Below are positions 1 through 8,524 of a DNA stretch of 40,826 nt, in pieces. Each line of letters begins with the position of its first letter. The first letter of the stretch is position 1. The DNA lies in contig JANTGE010000003.1 in NCBI GenBank assembly GCA_024763085.1, positions 1 to 40,826 of the forward strand, written 5' to 3'. The notes beneath the pieces are model-generated. The model worked only from the letters and a program-made list of their open reading frames with translations. It was not told the DNA's origin and searched no databases. The DNA comes from Acidimicrobiia bacterium. GTDB taxonomy: Bacteria; Actinomycetota; Acidimicrobiia; Spongiisociales; UBA4744. The position numbers and the translations under genes are program-made.

Positions 1-126
1 TCCATCAGGGAGGTCATCCCGTTCCCGAAGACACAGACCGGCACCGACCCGATGACCGGCGCTCCGACCACGGTCGACGACACCCAACTCGCCGAACTGG
101 GCCTGAGGCTGCGACCTCAATCCTGA
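1..126 (+). CDS. aspS: Aspartate--tRNA ligase, C-terminal fragment (truncated by window start)
   Basis: Frame 1 reads [41 protein letters not shown], a typical AspRS C-terminus. Stop TGA 124-126 overlaps the rarA ATG (TGATG). Confidence 0.88.
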   Translation, partial: SIREVIPFPKTQTGTDPMTGAPTTVDDTQLAELGLRLRPQS

Positions 127-1436
127 TGGGGGATCTGTTCGACGCTGCACGGGCCGAGATACAGCGCCGCGTCGCCCCGCTCGCCGCTCGGATGCGTCCT
201 GCCACCCTCGATGACGTCGTAGGCCAGGAACACCTGCTCGGCCCCGACGCGGTGTTCCGGCGCCTCGCCGAATCAGGAGCCCTCGTGTCGATGGTGCTGT
301 GGGGGCCACCCGGATCGGGAAAGACCACCCTGGCCCGTCTGCTGGCCGAACGCGTCGATGCCGAGTTCGTGCAACTCTCGGCCACCTCGGCAGGCGTCAA
401 AGACGTCCGTATCGTCCTCGAAGAGGCTCGCCGTCGTCTCGGCGAGCTCGGACGACGCACCGTGCTGTTTCTCGACGAGATCCACCGGTTCAGCCGTTCA
501 CAGCAGGATGCGCTGCTGCCGGGGGTCGAAGACGGCACGATCGTGCTCATCGGCGCTACTACCGAGAACCCGTTCTTCGAAGTGAACGCACCCCTCCTTT
601 CGCGATGCACCCTCTTCAGACTCGAGCCGCTGAGCGAAGCGGACATCGAGCGTCTGGTGGACCGTGCCCTGGCGACCGAGTTGGAGGGGATGACCATCGA
701 CCCGGAGGCGCGTGCCATGCTCGCGGCGCGAAGCGACGGTGATGCCAGGATCGCCCTCAACGTGCTCGAACTCGCAGCTGCCGCCTCAGCCGGTCCTGGA
801 ATCGGCGTCGGCGAGGTGACCGAGGCGCTGCAACGGCGGATGGTCCGGTCGTCGCGAGACGCCCACTACGACGTCGTCTCGGCGTTCATCAAGTCGATGC
901 GCGGCTCCGACCCCGATGCCGCCGTGTACTGGCTGCACACGATGCTCGCGGCCGGAGAAGACCCTGAGTTCATTGTCCGGCGCATGATCATCTTCGCGAG
1001 CGAAGACGTGGGACTCGCCGACCGGTACGCCCTCGGCGTCGCCATCGACGCCTCGCGGGCACTCGCCTACGTGGGTCTCCCGGAAGCCGCCTACGCCCTC
1101 ACCCACGCTGCGCTCTACCTGGCGACGGCGCCCAAGTCGAACTCGGTCACCAGGGCGATGCACGCCGCGAGGCAGGCGGTCGAGAAGACGCCGGCTGCCC
1201 AGGTGCCTCTCCACCTCCGTTCGGCCGGCTTCAGCGGCGCGGAGACGATCGGCCACGGCGTCGACTACCGCTACCCACACGCGTTCGAAGACCACATCGT
1301 GGAACAGCGCTACTTGCCGGATCAGGTCTCCGAAGTGCTGTTTGTCCCGGAACCGATCGGCGATGAGGCCGACATCGTTCGGCGTCTCGACGATTGGGAC
1401 CGCAGGCTTGGCCGCCCTCAGCGCCAGGGCGGCTAA
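126..1436 (+). CDS. rarA: Replication-associated recombination protein A (RarA/MgsA AAA+ ATPase)
   Basis: PLAARMRP, Walker A GPPGSGKTT, FLDEIHRF, GATTENP, SAFIKSMRGSDPDAA, ASEDVG. Confidence 0.96.
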   Translation: MGDLFDAARAEIQRRVAPLAARMRPATLDDVVGQEHLLGPDAVFRRLAESGALVSMVLWGPPGSGKTTLARLLAERVDAEFVQLSATSAGVKDVRIVLEEARRRLGELGRRTVLFLDEIHRFSRSQQDALLPGVEDGTIVLIGATTENPFFEVNAPLLSRCTLFRLEPLSEADIERLVDRALATELEGMTIDPEARAMLAARSDGDARIALNVLELAAAASAGPGIGVGEVTEALQRRMVRSSRDAHYDVVSAFIKSMRGSDPDAAVYWLHTMLAAGEDPEFIVRRMIIFASEDVGLADRYALGVAIDASRALAYVGLPEAAYALTHAALYLATAPKSNSVTRAMHAARQAVEKTPAAQVPLHLRSAGFSGAETIGHGVDYRYPHAFEDHIVEQRYLPDQVSEVLFVPEPIGDEADIVRRLDDWDRRLGRPQRQGG

Positions 1437-1446
1437 GGTCCCCGCC

Positions 1447-1671
1447 ATGTTCGTTCGTCTTTGGTGGTTCGCGCTGGGTGTCGCGACCGGCGTGTGGGGA
1501 TCGATCCGGCTGCTCGACGGTGTCCGCCGGGCTCGGGAACGGCTCACTCCGCGATGGGTGGTTCGGCAGACAGGCCTCGGACTTGCCGACGCGCTCGACG
1601 GGGCAGCCGAACGTCTCGGCCCCCCACGGGCGGAGCCTCTCACCATCGCCCCTCGAGCCGACGCCCGCTGA
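1447..1671 (+). CDS. Small hypothetical protein with N-terminal hydrophobic helix (74 aa)
   Basis: ATG 1447; MFVRLWWFALGVATGVWGS... then basic helix RRARERLTP. Fills the rarA-alaS gap, where Actinobacteria often have a similar small gene. Confidence 0.7.
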   Translation: MFVRLWWFALGVATGVWGSIRLLDGVRRARERLTPRWVVRQTGLGLADALDGAAERLGPPRAEPLTIAPRADAR

Positions 1672-1701
1672 GTCGAGCGGCTCACTATCCTGAAGGCCTC
1701 C

Positions 1702-4320
1702 ATGAATGCCAAACAACTTCGCGCATCGTTTCTGCGCTTCTTTGAAGAGCGTGGCCATACCGTGCGTCCGTCGGCGTCGCTCATTCCCGTCGACCCGACC
1801 CTGCTGCTGACGAACGCCGGGATGGTGCCGTTCAAGCCCTACTTCCTGGGAGAGGAGACGCCGCCATTTCCACGAGCCACCTCGTCGCAGAAATGCTTCC
1901 GCACCGTCGACATCGACATCATCGGCACGACGGCACGGCATCTGACGTTCTTCGAGATGCTCGGCAACTTCAGCTTCGGGGACTACTTCAAGGAGAAGGC
2001 GATCCCCTGGGCTTACGAGTTCATCACCGAAGTCGTAGGCGTCGACCCGGATCTTCTCTGGTTCACCGTCCACGAGACCGACGACGAAGCCGCCAGGATC
2101 TGGATCGAAGAGGTCGGTGTTCCCCCCAATCGGGTCCAGCGACGCGGCAAGGACAACTTCTGGCAGATGGGTGTACCCGGGCCATGCGGACCCAGCTCCG
2201 AGATCTTCTACGACCGCGGACCCGAATACGGACCAGACGGGGGCCCGGTGGTCGACGAGGAACGCTTCGTCGAGATCTGGAACCTGGTGTTCATGCAGAA
2301 CATCCAGGATGAGCCCTACCACGTCGTCGGCGACCTGCCTGCCAAGAACATCGACACCGGGATGGGTCTGGAACGCACCTCGATGATTCTGCAGGGTCTC
2401 GACTCTGTCTTCGAGGTCGACACGGTCCGGCCCGTGCTCGACACCGCCGCCGCCTACGCGGGTATCCGGTACGGGGACGACCCGATCGCCGACGTGTCGC
2501 TGCGGGTCCTGGCCGACCACGGACGATCCATCACGTTCCTCATCGCCGATGGTGTGGTGCCGTCGAACGAGGGACGCGGCTACGTGCTGCGCCGGGTGCT
2601 GCGCCGGGCGGTGCGGCATGCGTGGCGGCTCAAAGGCAACGGTGCCGTCACCCCGGCACTGGTGGAGGCGACCATCGACACGATGGGTGACGCCTACCCG
2701 GAGCTGGTGACCCAGCGCGCGTTCATTCGTGACGTGGTCGCCAGAGAGGAAGAGAAGTTCCGTCAGACGCTCGCTGCCGGCCACACACTCCTCGAGGATG
2801 AGCTGGACCGGCTCGAGGAAGGGGCGCTGCTTCCAGGGTCGGTCGCGTTCAAACTCCACGACACGTTCGGGTTCCCCGTCGAGCTGACCACCGAGATCGC
2901 CGCAGAGCGCGGCGTCGACGTCGACCTGCACGAGTTCGACGAAGCGATGGAGGAGCAGCGCCGGCGGGCGCGGGCGGCCAGGAGCAGCGACGAGGGTGCT
3001 GACGTCGCCGTGTACCGGGCGGTGCTCGACACGGCGGGCCCGTCCCGGTTCGTCGGCTACACAGAACTGGCGGCCCCCTCCACCGTCGTCGGGCTGCTCG
3101 TCGATGGCGAACCGGCAGAACGAGTGGAGGAGGGCATGCAAGTCGAGGTGTTCCTCGACCACACCCCCTTCTACGCCGAAGCAGGTGGACAGGTCGGCGA
3201 CAAGGGCATCCTGGAATCGGAGACAGGTCGCTTGGTGGTGCACGACACGCAGCTCGCCGTGCCTGGTCTGATCTCACACCATGCCACCGTCGAACGGGGC
3301 AGCCTGCAGCGCGGGCAGACGGTCGACGCGCTCGTCGATGCCCCGCGGCGAGAGGCGGTCTCCAAATCGCACACGGGGACCCACATCCTCCACTGGTCGT
3401 TGCGGACCGTCCTGGGACCCCATGTCCAGCAGGCCGGTTCCCTGAACGAGGCGGGGAGGCTCAGGTTCGACTTCAGTCACTTCGGTCCTCTCAGCGAAGA
3501 AGAGTTCGCAGAGGTCGAACGCGTGGCGAACGAACGCATCATCGAGAATGCCCGGGTACATGCCTTCGTCACCTCGATCGAGGATGCCCGACGCCAGGGA
3601 GCGTTGGCGTTCTTCGGCGACAAGTACGGCGAGCAGGTACGGGTCATAGAAATCGGGGACTACTCGAAGGAACTGTGCGGAGGCACACACACCCCGAGCG
3701 CCGGTCAGGTCGGGCCGGTGATCGTGCTCGCCGAGTCTTCCATCGGATCGAACCTGCGCCGCATCGAGGCCCTCTCTGGCGACTTCGCCTACGAGCACAT
3801 TGCTTCGTTGCGGAGGCGGCTCGGAGAGACCGGGCGACTGCTCCACGCTCGTCCCGAAGAGGTACCGGAACGGGTACGCAAGCTGGTCGAACGGACCCGG
3901 GAGCTCGAGTCGGAGCTGTCGGCCCTCAGACAAAAGCTCGAAGCCGAAGAAGCCGCCGAACTCGCAGAAGGCGCCGAGAGAGTCGGTGACGCCGGCGTCG
4001 TCGTCGTCGAGAGAGACGGGCTGGGTCCAGACCAGATGCGAGCTCTCGCCCTCACCATCAGGAACCGTCTCGGCAGCGGCGTCGTCGTCGTCGGCTCCCG
4101 CAACGGCGAGAAGGGCTCCCTGGTCGGTGTCGTCAGCAAGGACCTGGTGGAAAGGGGCGTCTCGGCGGCCGACATCCTCCTGCCGGCAGCCAAGCTCCTC
4201 GGAGGAGGCGGAAGCCGGGATCCGGAACTGTCCCAGGCCGGAGGGCCGCGAGGCGAACATCTGGCGGAGGCGCTGGAGGTCGCGAAAGAGACCGCAGCAC
4301 GCCTCGTCGCTGAGGTCTGA
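1702..4320 (+). CDS. alaS: Alanine--tRNA ligase
   Basis: DPTLLLTNAGMVPFK, HLTFFEMLGNFSFGDYFK, IDTGMGLER, editing motifs HTGTH and ELCGGTH, C-terminal GGGGS. Confidence 0.99.
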   Translation: MNAKQLRASFLRFFEERGHTVRPSASLIPVDPTLLLTNAGMVPFKPYFLGEETPPFPRATSSQKCFRTVDIDIIGTTARHLTFFEMLGNFSFGDYFKEKAIPWAYEFITEVVGVDPDLLWFTVHETDDEAARIWIEEVGVPPNRVQRRGKDNFWQMGVPGPCGPSSEIFYDRGPEYGPDGGPVVDEERFVEIWNLVFMQNIQDEPYHVVGDLPAKNIDTGMGLERTSMILQGLDSVFEVDTVRPVLDTAAAYAGIRYGDDPIADVSLRVLADHGRSITFLIADGVVPSNEGRGYVLRRVLRRAVRHAWRLKGNGAVTPALVEATIDTMGDAYPELVTQRAFIRDVVAREEEKFRQTLAAGHTLLEDELDRLEEGALLPGSVAFKLHDTFGFPVELTTEIAAERGVDVDLHEFDEAMEEQRRRARAARSSDEGADVAVYRAVLDTAGPSRFVGYTELAAPSTVVGLLVDGEPAERVEEGMQVEVFLDHTPFYAEAGGQVGDKGILESETGRLVVHDTQLAVPGLISHHATVERGSLQRGQTVDALVDAPRREAVSKSHTGTHILHWSLRTVLGPHVQQAGSLNEAGRLRFDFSHFGPLSEEEFAEVERVANERIIENARVHAFVTSIEDARRQGALAFFGDKYGEQVRVIEIGDYSKELCGGTHTPSAGQVGPVIVLAESSIGSNLRRIEALSGDFAYEHIASLRRRLGETGRLLHARPEEVPERVRKLVERTRELESELSALRQKLEAEEAAELAEGAERVGDAGVVVVERDGLGPDQMRALALTIRNRLGSGVVVVGSRNGEKGSLVGVVSKDLVERGVSAADILLPAAKLLGGGGSRDPELSQAGGPRGEHLAEALEVAKETAARLVAEV

Positions 4321-4721
4321 TGAGCCGAATCCTCGCGCTCGACTACGGAACCGTGCGGATCGGAGTCGCGATGAGCGACCCGTTGCGTCTGACGGCACAG
4401 CCACTCGACGTCCTCGCCGCCGACGACTGGCACGATGCGTTGGAGCGGCTCGTTGCCGAGTACCAGATCGAGGAGATCGTCGTCGGATTGCCGACGTCCC
4501 TGGACGGGTCCGAGACGGCGGCGGCCATGGCGGCTCGGAGCTTCGGTGAGGAGGTGGCGGCGCTGACCGGCCTTCCGGTCTCGTTCGTAGATGAGCGCTT
4601 TAGCACTCGCATCGCCCACGACGCGATGCTCGCCGCCGACGCGTCGAGGGCAACCCGTCGCGGAAACATCGACAAGGTGGCCGCCGCGGTGATTCTGCAA
4701 AGCTGGCTGGATCGCCGATGA
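4320..4721 (+). CDS. ruvX: RuvX/YqgF family nuclease
   Basis: ILALDYGTVRIGVAMSD, VVGLP, VDERFST, IDKVAAAVILQSWL; follows alaS. Confidence 0.96.
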   Translation: MSRILALDYGTVRIGVAMSDPLRLTAQPLDVLAADDWHDALERLVAEYQIEEIVVGLPTSLDGSETAAAMAARSFGEEVAALTGLPVSFVDERFSTRIAHDAMLAADASRATRRGNIDKVAAAVILQSWLDRR

Positions 4722-5779
4722 CGAGTAAGGTCCGCCCCATCGTGGTACTCGCCGCCGTGGCGCTGGTCGCGGTGGTGGCGGTCACGGGGGCCAGAAAGCT
4801 CGCCGCTTGGGTAGGCGGTCTCGGAGGTGTCACCGACGTGACCGCGCCGGCCGACATCGTCGCGGGGGAGAGCGTCGAGGTGGTCATTCCGGCGGGTGTC
4901 GCTGCGAGGCAGATCGGGTCGCTGCTGGCCGAGAAGGGCATCGTCGATTCGTCTCTGGCGTTCGAGGCCGAGGTCCGTCGGCAGGGCGTCGCCGATCGGC
5001 TGCAAGCGGGCACCTACCGGATGGTGACCGGCATGGGACCTGCGGCAGCTCTGGAGGTGTTGCTCAACGGCCCCGAAGACGCTTCTTACCGCATCACGCT
5101 GAGGGAAGGGCTTTGGGTCAGCGAACTGCTTGCTTCGCTGGCGGAGCAGACGCCCTATACGCTGAGCGAGTTCGAAACTGCCCTCGACCAGGTTACGTCT
5201 CCCTATCACAACGGGGAAGCCGCAGACCCGCAGACGTGGGAAGGGCTGCTCTACCCGGACACCTACGAGATCTCCGAAAGCGCCACGCCGGTCCAGATAC
5301 TGCAGAAACTCGCCGACACCATGACGGCGCGGGTCGACAGCCTCGACTGGAGCGCGCTTCAAGCCCGCGGCCTCTCGGTCTACGAGGGCATCATCGTCGC
5401 TTCGATGGTCGAGGCCGAGGCCAAGGTGGACGACGATCGGCCTCTCATCGCCTCGGTGATCGTCAACCGGCTCGAGATCGGCATGCCGCTGCAGATCGAC
5501 GCCACCGTGCTCTATGCGCTCGGCGAACGCGGCAAGGCGCTGACGCTCGACGATCTCGAGATCGACTCGCCCTACAACACCTATCGGATCGGCGGCCTGC
5601 CCCCGACGCCGATCGGAGCGCCGGCATTGCGAAGCCTCGAAGCGGCGGCGCATCCCGCAGACTCCGACTTCCTGTACTACGTCCTTACGTCCGCCGATGG
5701 ACGCCACTCGTTCGCCGAGACGTACGACGAGTTCCTCCGTCTCAAAGCTCAGGCCAAAGCCGACGGGGTCCTTCCCTAA
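4718..5779 (+). CDS. mltG: Endolytic transglycosylase MltG
   Basis: N-terminal TM, EGLLYPDTY, IVASMVEAEA, IASVIVNRL..GMPLQIDATV, SPYNTY..GLPPTPI. Confidence 0.96.
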   Translation: MTSKVRPIVVLAAVALVAVVAVTGARKLAAWVGGLGGVTDVTAPADIVAGESVEVVIPAGVAARQIGSLLAEKGIVDSSLAFEAEVRRQGVADRLQAGTYRMVTGMGPAAALEVLLNGPEDASYRITLREGLWVSELLASLAEQTPYTLSEFETALDQVTSPYHNGEAADPQTWEGLLYPDTYEISESATPVQILQKLADTMTARVDSLDWSALQARGLSVYEGIIVASMVEAEAKVDDDRPLIASVIVNRLEIGMPLQIDATVLYALGERGKALTLDDLEIDSPYNTYRIGGLPPTPIGAPALRSLEAAAHPADSDFLYYVLTSADGRHSFAETYDEFLRLKAQAKADGVLP

Positions 5780-5783
5780 AAGT

Positions 5784-5812
5784 CTCAAGCCCGCTCTCGT
5801 CCGCGCCGACAT
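5784..5812 (+). promoter_or_regulatory. Putative sigma-28/WhiG-family promoter CTCAAG-N15-GCCGACAT
   Basis: Intergenic, upstream of the first pil-cluster gene; same motif and spacing at 8489, 11465 and 12076. Confidence 0.7.
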
Positions 5813-5840
5813 CACGAGAGGAACAGGAAGGGCAAACATC

Positions 5841-6797
5841 ATGTCATTGACCGGTGCGTTGGAGGCATTCCCGATCGCCGAGGTGATCGGTCTGATCGGT
5901 AAGACTCGCAAGAGCGGGGTGCTCAAGATCGACGGGGATCACATCGAGGCGCGCGTCTACTTCTCGGAAGGACGGGTCTCGTACGGCACGACCCGAAGGG
6001 ACGAAGAGTTCCATGCCAAGCTCGTCGAGGCGGGTCTCGTCGATCCGAAGCAGTGGGTGCACGTCGAACGTCGAGAGCGATCCATCGCAGACATTCTCGC
6101 GTCGGGAGCATCAGAGGAGACCCTCACCGCGTTCCTCAAAGATCAGGTTTCCGATGTCCTGTTCCGGATTCTGCGCCAGGACGCCGGCACCTTCTCGTTC
6201 AGCGACGACGTGGCTCCACGGTTCGATACCGGCGTCGTGCTCGACGTCGGCGAGTGCGTGGATGAGGCGAACCACCGCATGGCCCGCTGGGCCGACATCG
6301 AACAGGTCATTCCCGGCGTCGGCTTCCATCTGAGGCCGGTGGCAGCCGCCGCGCCTGACGACGGCTCCCTGCAACTCGACGCCGACGAGTGGCGCGTACT
6401 CGCCGGGTTGCTCGGCCAGGCATCGGTCGAGCATGTGGCCCGAACGCTCGGATGGTCCGAGTTCAAAGCAGCCGAAACCATGGCGGCGATGGTTCGGCGA
6501 GGTCTGCTCGAAGTGGCCGATCACCGACCAAACGCCCGGCATGTGTACGGGGAAGAGGCCGAGGATGTCCCACCGATCGAAGTAGTCGGACCGAGGGTGC
6601 CGGCGTCGCAGGAAGAGGGCCAGGAGGCGTCCGAGGCGACCGAGGAAACCGAGTCCGAGCCGTCGGCCGGCTCCGATGACGACGAGCGGGAACTCCTGAA
6701 AGGAGCCCTCTCCGACATGGTGGCCGAGCCGGATGACCGCCTCTCCGGTCTCCGACGCCGCCGAGGCATCGGGTCGATCGGGAGGGACGGTTCCTAG
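5841..6797 (+). CDS. DUF4388 (PatA-N/PATAN-like) domain protein with predicted winged-helix segment and acidic tail
   Basis: MSLTGALEAFPIAEVIGLIGKTRKSGVLKI...VYFSEGRV...GTFSF is the DUF4388 pattern; EWRVLAGL...SVEHVARTLGWSEFKAAETMAAMVRRGLLEV resembles a wHTH. Purine-rich RBS before ATG 5841. Confidence 0.8.
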   Translation: MSLTGALEAFPIAEVIGLIGKTRKSGVLKIDGDHIEARVYFSEGRVSYGTTRRDEEFHAKLVEAGLVDPKQWVHVERRERSIADILASGASEETLTAFLKDQVSDVLFRILRQDAGTFSFSDDVAPRFDTGVVLDVGECVDEANHRMARWADIEQVIPGVGFHLRPVAAAAPDDGSLQLDADEWRVLAGLLGQASVEHVARTLGWSEFKAAETMAAMVRRGLLEVADHRPNARHVYGEEAEDVPPIEVVGPRVPASQEEGQEASEATEETESEPSAGSDDDERELLKGALSDMVAEPDDRLSGLRRRRGIGSIGRDGS

Positions 6798-8486
6798 ATG
6801 ACCAGCCGCGGCATGGTCAGAAGAGACGCCGGCCACCTGGGCGCGTTGCTCCTCGAAGAGGGGATCGTCACCCAGGAGGCACTCGACCGCGCCCTCGAAA
6901 TCCACGCCGAGTCCGGTTTGCCGCTCGGCCGGGTTCTCGTCGACGAACGCCTCGTCGACGAACGTGACCTGGTTCGGGTGCTGGCGAGATCGATCGGGCT
7001 CGATTTCATCGACCTTCGGGAAGAAACGGTCGATCCGGCAGCGGCCTCGCTGATCCCGGAAGCGCTCGCCAGGCGATACGCCGCGCTGCCGGTTGCTTTC
7101 GACGGCGACAGTCTCGTGGTTGCGATGGCAGACCCGGCGAACGTGCTGGCCATCGACGACATTCGTGCCATCACCGGCCGTGAAGTGCTGCCGAAGGTCG
7201 CGACACGTTCCGACGTCGAAGACGCTATCGGAAAGATCGCTGCGCTCGATGGGTCGGTTACCGACCTTGCCGAACTTGCGGCGGAGGACAGCGTAGAGAC
7301 CCAGGACCTCGGTGCGGTCGAAGCGGCCGCCGACGAGGCGCCGGTCGTGAAGCTCGTCAACATGCTGATCACGAGGGCCGCCGCCGACAGAGCTTCCGAC
7401 ATTCACATCGAGCCCACCGAACGGGATCTCCGAGTTCGGTTCCGCATCGATGGGGTCCTTCACGAGATCATGCGAACGCCCCGTTCGATCTCCAACGCCG
7501 TGGTGTCCCGGCTGAAGATCATGGCAGACATCGACATCGCCGAACGCCGGCGCCCTCAGGACGGGCGCATCAACCTCAAGGTCGGAGGCAGGCAGCTGGA
7601 CCTTCGAGTGTCGTCGCTGCCCACGATCTACGGCGAGAAGGTCGTGATGCGCCTCCTCGATACTTCGACGGCGCTCCTCGAACTCGAAGATCTCGGCTTC
7701 GAGCCCGACACCCTCGAGCGCTACGCCGCTTCCTACACGAAACCGTACGGCACCATCCTGGTGGTCGGCCCGACCGGATCCGGAAAGTCGACGACGCTGT
7801 ACGCAACCCTCAACGTTCTCAACCGGCCCGAAGTCAACATCGTTACCATCGAAGATCCGGTCGAGTACCGGCTTTCGGGGATCAGCCAGGTGCAGGTGAA
7901 CAAGAAGGCCGGACTCACCTTCGCTTCCGCGCTGCGGTCGTTCCTTCGTCAGGACCCGGACATCATGCTCGTCGGCGAGATCCGGGACACCGAGACCGCA
8001 CGGATAGCGATCGAGTCGGCTCTGACCGGACACCTGGTGCTGTCAACGCTGCACACCAACGATGCGCCGTCTTCGATCAGCCGCCTCATCGAAATGGGCG
8101 TCGAGCCGTTTCTCGTCGGCTCGGCGCTCGACGGGGTACTTGCCCAGCGACTGGCCCGCCGCCTCTGTGACAACTGCAAAGAGCAATATGAGCCCACAGA
8201 ACAGGCACTCGAAGAGATCGGATGGGAAGGAGATCCCCCCGAGACGCTCTACCGGCCTGTCGGGTGCAAGGTCTGCTCCAACACGGGGTATCGGGGCCGA
8301 GTGGCCATCCACGAACTCATGTTGGTCGACGAAGACATCGAGCGCCTTGCAGTGGAGCGGGCCTCGACGGAAGTGATCACCCGTGCCGCCATCGCAGGCG
8401 GGATGCGACCTTTGAAACATGATGGGCTGCGAAAAGTGGCCGCAGGGATCACCAGCCTGGAAGAAATCCTCCGGGTCGTCGTCTGA
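6798..8486 (+). CDS. pilB: Type IV pilus extension ATPase PilB (GspE/PulE family) with N-terminal MshEN-type domain
   Basis: ASDIHIEP, DIAERRRPQDGR, GPTGSGKSTTLY, TIEDPVEY, LRQDPDIMLVGEIRD, TGHLVLSTLHTN, zinc motif CDNC..CKVC. Start could be ATG 6813. Confidence 0.95.
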   Translation: MTSRGMVRRDAGHLGALLLEEGIVTQEALDRALEIHAESGLPLGRVLVDERLVDERDLVRVLARSIGLDFIDLREETVDPAAASLIPEALARRYAALPVAFDGDSLVVAMADPANVLAIDDIRAITGREVLPKVATRSDVEDAIGKIAALDGSVTDLAELAAEDSVETQDLGAVEAAADEAPVVKLVNMLITRAAADRASDIHIEPTERDLRVRFRIDGVLHEIMRTPRSISNAVVSRLKIMADIDIAERRRPQDGRINLKVGGRQLDLRVSSLPTIYGEKVVMRLLDTSTALLELEDLGFEPDTLERYAASYTKPYGTILVVGPTGSGKSTTLYATLNVLNRPEVNIVTIEDPVEYRLSGISQVQVNKKAGLTFASALRSFLRQDPDIMLVGEIRDTETARIAIESALTGHLVLSTLHTNDAPSSISRLIEMGVEPFLVGSALDGVLAQRLARRLCDNCKEQYEPTEQALEEIGWEGDPPETLYRPVGCKVCSNTGYRGRVAIHELMLVDEDIERLAVERASTEVITRAAIAGGMRPLKHDGLRKVAAGITSLEEILRVVV

Positions 8487-8488
8487 GC

Positions 8489-8517
8489 GTCAAGGTGGAG
8501 GTTTCGATGACCGATAG
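8489..8517 (+). promoter_or_regulatory. Putative sigma-28/WhiG-family promoter GTCAAG-N15-ACCGATAG
   Basis: Between pilB stop and pilT ATG 8525; same spacing as the other three copies. Confidence 0.65.
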
Positions 8518-8524
8518 AAAGGGT

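Noticed and set aside
1231-3243. Long minus-strand ORFs (1231-3243, 4343-5926, 6111-8033, 16187-17725, 37086-38843 and others)
   Set aside because: Antisense shadows of well-supported + strand genes, expected with high-GC codon bias; no recognisable motifs.
5821-5845. GGAAGGGCAAAC resembling the start of a c-di-GMP-I (GEMM) riboswitch
   Set aside because: Runs straight into the start codon; no GNRA-capped P2 or GACGCAAAGC/P3 elements.
5922-5950. CTCAAG-N15-ATCGAGG near match to the pilus promoter motif
   Set aside because: Inside the DUF4388 CDS with a poorer -10; TCGA is very common here. Treated as background.
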